Shown: positions 40,019 through 50,400 of the stretch, one piece after another
Position numbering within the stretch: the first letter of the stretch is position 1
Layout of the letters: each line of letters starts with the position of its first letter
Origin: an uncultured Candidatus Poseidoniales archaeon
Lineage (GTDB): Archaea > Thermoplasmatota > Poseidoniia > Poseidoniales > Thalassarchaeaceae
Assembly (NCBI GenBank): GCA_905182515.1
Contig: CAJJBW010000007.1
Span: 17,025 to 81,024, forward strand
Reading direction: 5' to 3'
DNA: 64,000 nucleotides
Notes under the pieces: model-generated
What the model saw: only the letters and a program-made list of their open reading frames with translations
Databases searched by the model: none
What the model was told of the DNA's origin: nothing
Translations under genes and position numbers: made by a program

Positions 40019-41035
40019 ATGCAAAATCCAATTACCCGTATAGAGCCACAACTTGCATCCAGATTAGCGAAGCAAAGTTATCACCTTGTAGGAGAACACG
40101 GAGGAGTGAAGGTATGTCATTGGACAAAGCAGAGTTTAATTGCCGATAGATCATGTTACAAAGGTACGTTCTATGGAATTCAAAGTCATGGATGTATGCA
40201 AATGGCGCCAAATGTAGATACATGTAACCTTGCCTGTACTTATTGTTGGAGGGAGCCTCATTCCGACACTCTGAATAAGATTGATGATGATCCTTATGAT
40301 TTGTTTTTACAATCCGTGCGTGCCCATCGTAGATTGATTACTGGATTTGGAGGGCACCCCAGTGTACCAAGAGAAAAATGGATTGATGCACAAGATCCTA
40401 AGCATGTTGCCATATCCCTTAATGGTGAGCCGACCCTCTATTCAAGACTAAGTGAATTTTTAGAAATTTGTCACCAACATGGGGTTTCGACATTTTTAGT
40501 TACAAATGGAAGTTTGCCAAAAGTAATTGAAAAATTAGACACTTTGCCGACCCAGCTATATGTTAGTGTGGATGCACCTAATAAGGAAATCTTTGACCGT
40601 ATATGTAAGCCAAAATTTGATACTAACGCATTTTATAAATTAGAACAAACTTTGGAGTTATTGCCCTCACTAGATACTAGGACAGTGTGTAGACACACAC
40701 TCATAAAAGGTGAATCCCTAGGTCATCATGAAGAATATGCAAGACTTGATAACTTGGCTGATCCTATGTTTATTGAAGCAAAGGGCTATGTCCACGTAGG
40801 TAAAAGTCAAAATAATCATACAATAGAAAACATGCCCAATCATACCGAGGTTCTCGATTTTTCTAATAAGTTAGCATCATTAGTTGGACGAGAAGTTCTC
40901 TCAGATAGAAGTGAAAGTAGAGTTGCATTAATAGGAAAAGAAATGATTCCGATTACTCTACCAAAGAAAATACGAGATTTACCTAGTGACCTCGGAATTG
41001 CTAAACCTCAAAATTTTTCACTACCTCAGGTTTGA
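40019..41035 (+). CDS. taw1: 4-demethylwyosine synthase (radical SAM, TYW1/Taw1)
   Basis: VKVCHWTK, CYK..FYGI.SH.C, CNLACTYCWR, HVAISLNGEPTLY; GGAGGT SD. Confidence 0.95.
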   Translation: MQNPITRIEPQLASRLAKQSYHLVGEHGGVKVCHWTKQSLIADRSCYKGTFYGIQSHGCMQMAPNVDTCNLACTYCWREPHSDTLNKIDDDPYDLFLQSVRAHRRLITGFGGHPSVPREKWIDAQDPKHVAISLNGEPTLYSRLSEFLEICHQHGVSTFLVTNGSLPKVIEKLDTLPTQLYVSVDAPNKEIFDRICKPKFDTNAFYKLEQTLELLPSLDTRTVCRHTLIKGESLGHHEEYARLDNLADPMFIEAKGYVHVGKSQNNHTIENMPNHTEVLDFSNKLASLVGREVLSDRSESRVALIGKEMIPITLPKKIRDLPSDLGIAKPQNFSLPQV

Positions 41036-41039
41036 TACT

Positions 41040-42851
41040 ATGGGCAGCCGTCTAGTAAGTATATTTTTAGTTTCTATTTTTTCAATATCAACATTATCTG
41101 GATGTTTTGGGAATGAAAATAATACTAATGATATTGAGAATTATCGACATTGGTTACCTGATGTAGAGGATAGGTCAGATATGATTTACAAGGATGATGA
41201 TGTTTTCAGTCGTGTCTCTATTAACGGGACATATGAAATTGATGAAGTAAGATCAATTTTTGTCCCCGTCCCTACAATAACTCTGACTGATGGGGGTGCG
41301 GGCATAACTGGAGATGCAGAAGTTCACCTTGGGTTATGGTTACCAATAATAGAAGGTTGTGATATGGAGAGTCAAGAACTTATAGATGAATGTCGAGTTC
41401 CAATAATTGCAGAAATAGGGCCATATTATAATGATGGAGATGTAGATGCGTTGACGCCAGCGGATAGATTAGGTAGATTCCTTATTGAAAATTTAGTTCC
41501 TCATGGATTTGGGATTGCACAGATATCAGTTTTTGGCACCGGAGAATCCAACCATTGCATGGACCTGATGGGATACGACGAACAAGAAGGAATTCATGCC
41601 GCAGTAGAATATCTAGGAAAATCTTCATTTTCAAATGGCGCAGTTGGAATAATTGGCAAGTCATACGATGGATCTACTCCATGGGAAGCAGCCGCAATGG
41701 GTTCAGAATATCTGAAAACTATAGTACCAATGTCAGGACTTATCGGCGCCCATGATTTAATGTGGAGAAATGGAAGTATGGAAGCAAGGGGCGCAATTAT
41801 GCATAATGGGGTATATGGTAGCTTCGGCCTAGATGGTAATCTTGAAGATTCCCAAAATGCATGTGAAGGTTATTTAGAAGGATATTATGCTGGCCCTGCT
41901 GCTTACTTATCTGGAGATAACTTAGCATGGACTGGCAGTGATTATTGGAGGGAAAGGTCATTCCTTGATCGTGCTTTAGAGAATTATAATGGTTCAGTAT
42001 ATATCATACATGGGATGCAAGATTGGAATGTTGATCCTCATATGGCCTTTCCAACACATAATATTTTGATTAATGCTGGTTTTGAAGTGAAGGGTTTGTA
42101 TGGTCAATGGGGGCATGACTATCCAGATAGAGAAGGTGGTCACTCTGGACTCTCAAGTGGCAGAGGTGCTGAAGCTTTTCCTCATACATTACGATGGGAT
42201 TGGGCAGATGATTTACTAGAGTGGTTTGATTATTATCTTAAAAATGAAGGCCCTAAACCAAGGTTGATAGCAGAAATACAAGATAATATTGGCTCTTGGA
42301 GAGTTGAGACTTCATATCCTCCAGAAGATCAAGAATGGTTAAATTATGATATGAATTTTTGTACAGTAATATCAGGAGGAGAGACTGTTACCCCTACATC
42401 TTCTTTAATTATTGAATGCCCTAAATTTAATGAAGAGGTTCGGATAGTTGGTACGCCAATATTTCATGTGGAAGCGTCCATATCTCCCTTGTCAACAAGT
42501 GGCCACCTATTTGTAGAAATGGTCCAGTCAAGTAATGGCATGCATCTAGGGCATGCCGTCATGGATTTACGATTTTTCGATGGAGGGAAAGAGGGACAAG
42601 TTTTGAACCCAGGGCAAACAGTACTTGCAAAGATGGAATTTTTTGGAATGGATGTGATAATACCTGAAGGAGATGGAGTTCAACTCATAATAACACAAAC
42701 CGGAGAAGATTATATTCCGAGTCCAGTGTCAACTTTGCCAGTTACTTTGGGATTGGGTGCATCAACAATTCTTGGCCTATCCACAGTCAATCGCGCATGT
42801 TCTGAACTTTTCCTACCGCCGATGCAACAACCATATCCACAATGCAATTAA
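41040..42851 (+). CDS. Lipoprotein CocE/NonD / X-Pro dipeptidyl-peptidase (S15) family hydrolase
   Basis: LSGC lipobox, GKSYDG nucleophile, HGMQDWNV, QWGH. Confidence 0.85.
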   Translation: MGSRLVSIFLVSIFSISTLSGCFGNENNTNDIENYRHWLPDVEDRSDMIYKDDDVFSRVSINGTYEIDEVRSIFVPVPTITLTDGGAGITGDAEVHLGLWLPIIEGCDMESQELIDECRVPIIAEIGPYYNDGDVDALTPADRLGRFLIENLVPHGFGIAQISVFGTGESNHCMDLMGYDEQEGIHAAVEYLGKSSFSNGAVGIIGKSYDGSTPWEAAAMGSEYLKTIVPMSGLIGAHDLMWRNGSMEARGAIMHNGVYGSFGLDGNLEDSQNACEGYLEGYYAGPAAYLSGDNLAWTGSDYWRERSFLDRALENYNGSVYIIHGMQDWNVDPHMAFPTHNILINAGFEVKGLYGQWGHDYPDREGGHSGLSSGRGAEAFPHTLRWDWADDLLEWFDYYLKNEGPKPRLIAEIQDNIGSWRVETSYPPEDQEWLNYDMNFCTVISGGETVTPTSSLIIECPKFNEEVRIVGTPIFHVEASISPLSTSGHLFVEMVQSSNGMHLGHAVMDLRFFDGGKEGQVLNPGQTVLAKMEFFGMDVIIPEGDGVQLIITQTGEDYIPSPVSTLPVTLGLGASTILGLSTVNRACSELFLPPMQQPYPQCN

Positions 42852-42901
42852 TTATACAATTTTTAGGGAAAGATTGAGTTAGGGATTGCATATTCCCCGA
42901 T

Positions 42902-43258
42902 ATGAATTGGCTTAATTTAATAGCGAAAGGAGTTTTTAGCGGAACCATAATTGTACTTGCAAGTGAAATAGCAAAAAGGTCAGCAATATTTGGTGCATTG
43001 ATTGTATCAATACCAATAGTTAGCATAATGTCATTGACTTGGCTTTACAATGATACCAAAGATGTCATTGAGGTTGCAGATTTTGCGGAGAGTATACTAT
43101 GGTTAGTTTTGCCTTCAACGTTACTGTTCATCCTACTTCCATATTTACTACGCAATGGATGGAGTTTTGAAAATTCTATGTTTATTGGAATATTGGCAAC
43201 AGTTATTGCATATGCAATAGGAATTTATTTTGCTTCAAACTATGCAGGGATATCCTAA
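42902..43258 (+). CDS. DUF3147 family membrane protein
   Basis: SEIAKRS..FGALIVSIP.VS pattern; 4 TM helices. Confidence 0.8.
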   Translation: MNWLNLIAKGVFSGTIIVLASEIAKRSAIFGALIVSIPIVSIMSLTWLYNDTKDVIEVADFAESILWLVLPSTLLFILLPYLLRNGWSFENSMFIGILATVIAYAIGIYFASNYAGIS

Positions 43259-43261
43259 TTA

Positions 43262-44980
43262 TTATTTTTTAGCTGCTAAGGGTTGTCGCCACCCTTGGCC
43301 AAATGAGCGTTTTGATACACGTGGTGCGGGAGGCATTTGCCATCGTTTATGTTCGTTAGATTTCATTGTCTGAAGTATCCATGTTACTGTTTTTTCATCA
43401 TATTCAGTGTTCACTATACCCCTCTCAATCCAATCTTCAAGTATAGCATCGAGAGACTCATAAGGAGGAAGAGAGTCTTCATCTTTTTGATTTGGCCTTA
43501 ATTCGGCAGAAGGAGGTTTGACAATTGTAGATTTGGGGATTGGTGCTTCCTCGCCGTTTTCTTCTGCTTCTCTATTGATTAAATTTGCTATTCGGTATAC
43601 TTCAGTTTTATACAGATCTCCAAGGGGAGCATACCCTCCACACATATCTCCATATAGAGTGCAATAGCCAATAGCTAATTCTGATTTATTACCTGTTGCT
43701 AAAGCCATTCCTCCGTATGCATTGGCATAGGCCATAACTGTTAATCCCCTCAAACGAGCCTGAATATTTTCCAAGTAAATAGGATCGACTCCGGGGTCAT
43801 TGATAGGTATTAATTCCTTCAAATATTCTTCTGATGAAATTTGTAACTCACTGAGTTCTACTTGATGGTAATGGGCTCCAAGCGTATTCATCAATTCTTT
43901 GGCATCTTTTTTAGAATGTTTGCTTGAGTAGCGCATTGGCATGGAAATACCATGTACAGCGCCTGGTCCTAAGGCTCGACAAGCAATAGCAGCAGTTACG
44001 GCAGAATCAATGCCTCCACTGACTCCTAAAACTACCGATTTTATTCCTGACTTATGACAATAATCCCTTAATCCTGTAGTTATTGCCTCTAACAAATCTA
44101 AATCTTCATCTTTATTTTTAAAATTGTCATCAGATGGGGTTATTTTTGCTTCTTTAATAATTAGTCCATCATATTTCTTATAATTATCAAATTCTATTAC
44201 TTTAGAAAGTTGTGGCTTATTCAAATCTACTAATAATATTGCCTCTTTCCATGCCGGAGCCTGCATAATATCTCCGTTTGGCCAAGAAATAGTTGATCTA
44301 CCATCAAATATCAAGTCATCATTACCACCTATTTGATTACACATAAGATATGGATGTTTCAAGGATGCTGCTGCAGATTTAACTACATCTATTCTAACAT
44401 TTTTTTTGTCTGCATGATAGGGTGAGGCCGATAGATTAACCGAATATGACAATTGTTTACTAATTTTAGATAATTGTTTGATTGGGTCAATGCCATAATC
44501 ACTGGGTACATGGCCAGCATGCTGCCAAGCATCTTCGCAAATTGTAATTCCCAATTTAGAACAATCAGGGGCTTCAATCGTAGATAATTCCGTACCTTTA
44601 TTGAAATACCTAGCCTCATCAAATACATCATAAGTTGGCAGAAGTTGTTTTCTATACAATTCTTTTATTTTACCATTACCTTCGCAATAAATGACTCCGT
44701 TTGAAGGTAATTTTTTTATTCCATCTGGATTTAATGGGCTTCCTATCAAAATTGGAATTGGAGAAATAATTCCTTTTATCGCTTCTATACATCTATTTAC
44801 AAAATCTTTTTCTAGAAGTAAATCCCTAGGAGGATAGCCACAAATAGCCAATTCACTAGTTACAGCAATAGTCGCCCCCTGTGAAGCAGCAATAGTGGCC
44901 AAGCGAGATATTTCAATAGAGTTTTGATGAATATCCCCCACGACCGAGTTGTGCTGTAACAGCGCGACGACACTCATCAA
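43262..44980 (-). CDS. nadE: Glutamine-dependent NAD+ synthetase
   Basis: Nitrilase domain (ELAICGY, KQLLP, ICEDAW) plus GVSGGIDS, ENIQARLRG, TGNKSE, GYCTLYGD. Confidence 0.96.
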   Translation of the reverse strand: MMSVVALLQHNSVVGDIHQNSIEISRLATIAASQGATIAVTSELAICGYPPRDLLLEKDFVNRCIEAIKGIISPIPILIGSPLNPDGIKKLPSNGVIYCEGNGKIKELYRKQLLPTYDVFDEARYFNKGTELSTIEAPDCSKLGITICEDAWQHAGHVPSDYGIDPIKQLSKISKQLSYSVNLSASPYHADKKNVRIDVVKSAAASLKHPYLMCNQIGGNDDLIFDGRSTISWPNGDIMQAPAWKEAILLVDLNKPQLSKVIEFDNYKKYDGLIIKEAKITPSDDNFKNKDEDLDLLEAITTGLRDYCHKSGIKSVVLGVSGGIDSAVTAAIACRALGPGAVHGISMPMRYSSKHSKKDAKELMNTLGAHYHQVELSELQISSEEYLKELIPINDPGVDPIYLENIQARLRGLTVMAYANAYGGMALATGNKSELAIGYCTLYGDMCGGYAPLGDLYKTEVYRIANLINREAEENGEEAPIPKSTIVKPPSAELRPNQKDEDSLPPYESLDAILEDWIERGIVNTEYDEKTVTWILQTMKSNEHKRWQMPPAPRVSKRSFGQGWRQPLAAKK

Positions 44981-45033
44981 TTACTCAACATATGTTATGG
45001 CATTCAAGGCTACCGGAAATATAGATTAGAATA

Positions 45034-45639
45034 TTAATTGAATTTTACTCTAGGTGCTTCCCTTACTGTCTTATCTGTTACTCTGAAAAATTCTTTTGAA
45101 GTAAGACCCATTAATCTAGCGATAATTATAGCAGGAATTGAGGCTATTGCAAAATTATAGTTCAGCACCATTTCATTATAGAATTCCCTACGATCTGCGA
45201 TATTATCCTCCATTTTAGTTAAAGTATTCATGAATTTTAAATATTGACTGTCAGCTTTTAATTCAGGATATTGTTCTGCTACCGCCCTCAGAGACATTGT
45301 AGCTGCGGCCACCAACATATTAGAATCTCCAATTTTAGCCATGTTGGGATTACCTACAGAATTTGATGAATCATATGCCCCTCTTGCACTTGCAAATGAT
45401 TCCCATATTTTTGATTCATGTGAAGTATACCCTTCCACAATACCTTGTAAATTTGGTATCAAATCAAATCTTTCTTGTAATAAAACATCAATTTGCCCCC
45501 AATCTTTGCCAACGGTCAACGCAAGACCAGTGAGACGATTATAGGTAGACCACGCCCACAATAAAATCATTAAACCGATTAATAATAAAAAACATAGTGA
45601 TGCTCCAAACACTGCATATTCTATTTCTACCATATTCAA
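45034..45639 (-). CDS. lemA: LemA family protein
   Basis: N-terminal TM, YN.L, IDVLLQERFDLIPNL, EQYPELKAD, RREFYN. Confidence 0.93.
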   Translation of the reverse strand: MNMVEIEYAVFGASLCFLLLIGLMILLWAWSTYNRLTGLALTVGKDWGQIDVLLQERFDLIPNLQGIVEGYTSHESKIWESFASARGAYDSSNSVGNPNMAKIGDSNMLVAAATMSLRAVAEQYPELKADSQYLKFMNTLTKMEDNIADRREFYNEMVLNYNFAIASIPAIIIARLMGLTSKEFFRVTDKTVREAPRVKFN

Positions 45640-45675
45640 CCGTAGCCAGTCATCACTATTGAATATTAACCTAAA

Positions 45676-47139
45676 TTAAAGAACATTTAAGATAATAAAG
45701 TACATTACTAAAGAGCTAATGATAACTAAATTCATTCCCGGTATTAAGAGATACTCAAAATTACTTCTAGAGTTGCCCAATACTGCTATTTCACTACCTC
45801 TCTCCAGTCTAGAATTGGCCGTAGTACCATCTTTTCCTGTTACTTCAAGAAGTCTATTTTGGACATCGGAAACAAACTCTTCATCATTATCCCTTGGTTC
45901 AGCGAATCCTATTAAGTAGCATGGATCGCCGATTGTAAGTCCATGTAATATCCACTTATGTCTCAAAATTTTACCATTATTCCAACTTGCATATAATATT
46001 TCTCTGAATAGATCAAAATCATGAACATTGTGAGGGCATTCCCATTTTGTGATGTATTGCCCCAAATTCTGATCCTCAAATGTATTTGGTTGTATTAATA
46101 CGCCACCTGTACCATCATGTAAAACATAAGGATGGTTTCCTGAGTCGCGATCAACTTGATGCCACTGACGTCGTTTTTCGATTCGCTCGCGGCCGTTTTT
46201 ATCAGTTACCACGTGTTTTGTCTCAACAAGAATTTCATATGTCCATTTCCAAGAGATTAAGTCTTGGACAGCCCTAGATTTGTCTCTTCCCACATAAACA
46301 GTTGGTGGCTTAGTTACCCATTGCCTGACCTGACCAACCAGCTCAACCGAACCCACGGCCATGGACCTCACTAAAGAGGTTGGAGTTTCTAGAGTATCGC
46401 TAACTTTTCTACTTTTAATTAAAGACACTAATAACCAAATGAATGAAATTACTACTGGTAAAAATATCTGACCATATTTTAAGATTGTAAACTTAAATTT
46501 TGTAGCTTTTAAATCGTCATTATTTAGTTGCTTCCATTCTAAATACTCCAGAGTTGAGCCATTTGAAATAAATAAAATAATGAATGGAATTGAATTCAAT
46601 ATTAATAACATAGATATTAATCCGTAAGTGGATATTTCTGCAGGCTTGGGAGTCCCTATTTTTGTAGGATGTTCATCTAACACGCCTGATTCATCAGGGC
46701 GGTATCTATATGTCTTATTCCAGTGATTTGGACCAGGCGCAGCATAAACCCATCCTCTATCGTCAGAAGATGGTTGATGTATCCATTCCAATTTCCAAAA
46801 ATTAGTTATTTCCTTGGAGTGTTCGGATCTAATTTGGTAATCACGAGGTTTGGTATTCCGCCTAATTTCTCGTAATCTTCTTTGTAGTTGCGTAGGTGCC
46901 GAACCAACTATTAATGCCCCACCCAATATTAAACAAATTAGTGGAGGAATTAGATTTTCGAATGTAAAATCCAATTTATTTGTAAATAACATATTATTGA
47001 ATGTAAATATCTGAACTAAAAGTCCAACACAAAATATTATTATCCCCAATATCCAAATTACTTTACTCCAAAATTTTAATGGTACTGTGAAGTCTAAAAA
47101 TCCTGCATCTAAATTAATTTTATTCGAAGTATTGTCCAT
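45676..47139 (-). CDS. Multi-TM protein with a GIDE (BAM) domain
   Basis: TPTSLVRSMAVGSVELVG, PYVLHDGTGGVLIQP, LTIGDPCYLIG; flanked by TM helices. Confidence 0.7.
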   Translation of the reverse strand: MDNTSNKINLDAGFLDFTVPLKFWSKVIWILGIIIFCVGLLVQIFTFNNMLFTNKLDFTFENLIPPLICLILGGALIVGSAPTQLQRRLREIRRNTKPRDYQIRSEHSKEITNFWKLEWIHQPSSDDRGWVYAAPGPNHWNKTYRYRPDESGVLDEHPTKIGTPKPAEISTYGLISMLLILNSIPFIILFISNGSTLEYLEWKQLNNDDLKATKFKFTILKYGQIFLPVVISFIWLLVSLIKSRKVSDTLETPTSLVRSMAVGSVELVGQVRQWVTKPPTVYVGRDKSRAVQDLISWKWTYEILVETKHVVTDKNGRERIEKRRQWHQVDRDSGNHPYVLHDGTGGVLIQPNTFEDQNLGQYITKWECPHNVHDFDLFREILYASWNNGKILRHKWILHGLTIGDPCYLIGFAEPRDNDEEFVSDVQNRLLEVTGKDGTTANSRLERGSEIAVLGNSRSNFEYLLIPGMNLVIISSLVMYFIILNVL

Positions 47140-47225
47140 ATATAGCCCACAAATTTACCTAATATATTAGTATTTAAACTCTTGATTAATGACAAGCAAC
47201 ACCATATTTCTTCAATCTCCAATAA

Positions 47226-47399
47226 TTATATGGCCACGGGGCTAAGAAGCCGACTACTAACAGTAATTAGAGCATTTCCACTTTCATGCGACACTAAAGC
47301 ATCAACAATTCCATCTAAACTTAATAATGATTCGGTAACTCTACTTGAACAACCAGTGCAAGTCATTCCTTGGACTGTGATAGTTGTAGTTTCGATCAT
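47226..47399 (-). pseudogene. CopZ-like heavy-metal chaperone, prematurely terminated (57 aa)
   Basis: VQGMTCTGC HMA motif; TAA before the last helix, with LLEIEEI continuing in frame after it. Confidence 0.65.
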
Positions 47400-47497
47400 A
47401 TGACTTGGTAAAAGTCATCCTTATTGAATACTACTAAAATAATTTATCACAGAAGAAAAGAGTATATTCAATACAATGAATTGTTCCGGATGGTTCA

Positions 47498-50400
47498 ATG
47501 GTAGTACCTAACTCACTAGGAGAACTTGATCCAGTTGCACTTGAGAATTCTCTTATGTATATCTGGGATAATGAGAAGACTTTTGAAAAATCTATTGATA
47601 TTCGCAGACAAAATAAGTCCCCTTTTACTTTCCTAGAAGGACCACCTACAGCAAACGGCAAGCCAGGGATTCATCATGTCTTATCACGACTATACAAGGA
47701 CATGGTATGTCGATGGAAATCAATGGAAGGACATATAGTAGAACGCAAAGGAGGATGGGATACTCATGGACTTCCTGTAGAAATTGAAGTTCAAAAGAAA
47801 CTGAATTTGATGTCAAATGAAGCGATTGAAGAATATGGGATGGAAAAATTTAATCAGAAATGTAAAGAGAGCGTTTGGGAATATGAGGAAAGTTGGCGAG
47901 AAATGACCGAAAGGATGGCTTTTTGGGTTGATATGGATAATCCATATGTTACATTACATGATGAATATATTGAATCCGCATGGTGGTCATTGAAGCAAAT
48001 GCACGATAAAGGATTGTTATTTCGTGGCCACAAAGTATTACCTTATTGCCCTCAAACTGGAACTAGTTATTCAACTCATGAAGTTTCACAAGGATACAAA
48101 GAAGTTTCTGAGCCTGCAGTATTCATAAAATTCAAGCTTATTGATGATGATGTATCAATTCTTGCTTGGACAACGACGCCTTGGACTTTGCCTGGTAATG
48201 TTGGTTTGGCAGTTGGGCCGAATGTGACTTATTGCCGCATCAAAGTAACCTCTCCTCCTTCCGAATCTTGGGAAGGAAGAGGGGGTGCAGAAGTAGGAGA
48301 AGAAATTATATTAGCCAAAGATTTACTTGGTAATGTCTTAAGACATCACATGGAAATAATAGAAGAGTTTCCTGGATCTGATCTAGTTGGTAAATCCTAC
48401 TCTCCAATATTTCCTGGCGCAATAGAAAGAGGGGATTCAATAACAGCTTGGACCATAGTGGCAGCTAATTTTGTAACAACCACTGATGGCACTGGAGTGG
48501 TGCATACTGCAGTTATGTATGGCGAAGATGACTATAATCTTGGGATGGAAATGGGGTTTCCTGCACAACATACAGTTGGAATGGATGGTAAATTTATCAT
48601 TGGAACTCATAAGATATTAGATAATCGTTATGTAAAGGATTGTGATTCTGATATAATTGACCATCTAGAAAAAGAAGGTAGTCTATATCGTGAACACATA
48701 TATACTCACGATTATCCACATTGTTGGCGAACTGATCACCCTCTACTTTACTATGCCATGGATAGTTGGTTTGTCCGCATGACAGCAGTAAAGGAAAAAA
48801 TAATTCAACATAACTCAGAAGTAGAATGGGCCCCTGAATGGACTGGGTCAGGGAGAGTTGGAGAATGGTTACGTAATCTAAAGGATTGGGCGATAAGTAG
48901 AGAACGTTATTGGGGAACTCCGATACCAGTTTGGATTTGTGAAGATTGTGGACATGAACACTGCATTGGCAGTATAGAAGAAATGAATGCTTTGAAAACA
49001 GCAGATTCGCCAACTCCTAAAGAATTACACCGCCCGTATGTAGATGAAGTTAGATTAAATTGTTCCAGTTCAAATTGTAATGGAGAAATGATACGTGAAC
49101 CGTATGTTATGGATTGTTGGTTTGATTCTGGTTGCGCGCCCTTCGCCCAATGGCACTATCCATTTGAAAATAAAGAAAAATTCACAGGCAGTTTTCCAGT
49201 AGACTACATATGTGAAGCAGTAGATCAAACAAGAGGGTGGTTTTACTCATTATTAGCAGTTTCAACTACGGTTTTTGATAGTATTGCATATAAAAGATGT
49301 TTGTCCCTTGGGCACATTTTAGATAATGAAGGAAAGAAAATGAGTAAATCTAAAGGTAATGTTGTTGACCCATGGGATCATTTTAACAAAGAAGGAGCAG
49401 ATGCAATTAGGTGGTATATGGTGACTCAAAGTGCACCATGGAACCCGATGAATTTTGATCCAAATGGAGTCAGAGAAACATATGGAAAGATGTTCTTAAC
49501 TCTATGGAATGTACATAAATTCCATTCTGATTATGCAGCATTAGATGGTTTTGATCCTGAGGATACAGGAGGATGGGTAGAGGTCTCAGCACGCAGACCT
49601 TTGGATAGATGGATTTTATCTAAAATAAGTCGAGTGGCTGAAGTTTTTAATGATAATTTCGCTTCATGGGAGTTTCATAAAGCAGGAAGAGATTTAGAGA
49701 GTTTTGTCGTTAATGACTTATCTAATTGGTATGTTCGAAGATCCCGTAGACGTTTATGGGATGAAATAGATAGTAATGATAAACGTGCATGTCAACATAC
49801 TTTACATGAGGTTTTGATAGTAGTTTCACGCTTAATGGCACCAATCTCCCCTTTTATGGCAGATAAAATACATCGTGACCTTGCTGGCTCTTCTGTGCAT
49901 TTAGCAGATTGGCCAGTTGGTTCAGAACTAGTAGATCGTGATTTACCTCCGCAAGATTATGGCCTTGAACAACAGATGGAATTGGTTAGAGATTTAGCTG
50001 AAGGCGGCCGTAGAATCAGAGTAGAATCAGGAAGAAGGCAGCGCCTTCCTTGCCGTAATGGATGGATTATTGGAGGGCCAGATATTTCTGATTTCCATGA
50101 AATCCTTTCCGAAGAGTTAAATGTTGAAAATTTGACTACCGAAGATGATTTGGATAAGTTTCAGAAAATAATTTTATTACCAAATAGAAAAATTCTAGGT
50201 GCGAAGTGTAGGTCGGATTTACCAGAAGTATTATCTCAATTGGAAACTGTAGATCCGGATTCATTCCTCTTAGAAGTGCAAGCAGGAATTGCTGCACTTG
50301 CTGGTTATGACATAATCATGGAAGATATAGAAATAAAAAGAATTGAAAAAGATGATTTTGCTGCTTCAACACTATCAAATGATGATTTAGGAGATGTCAC

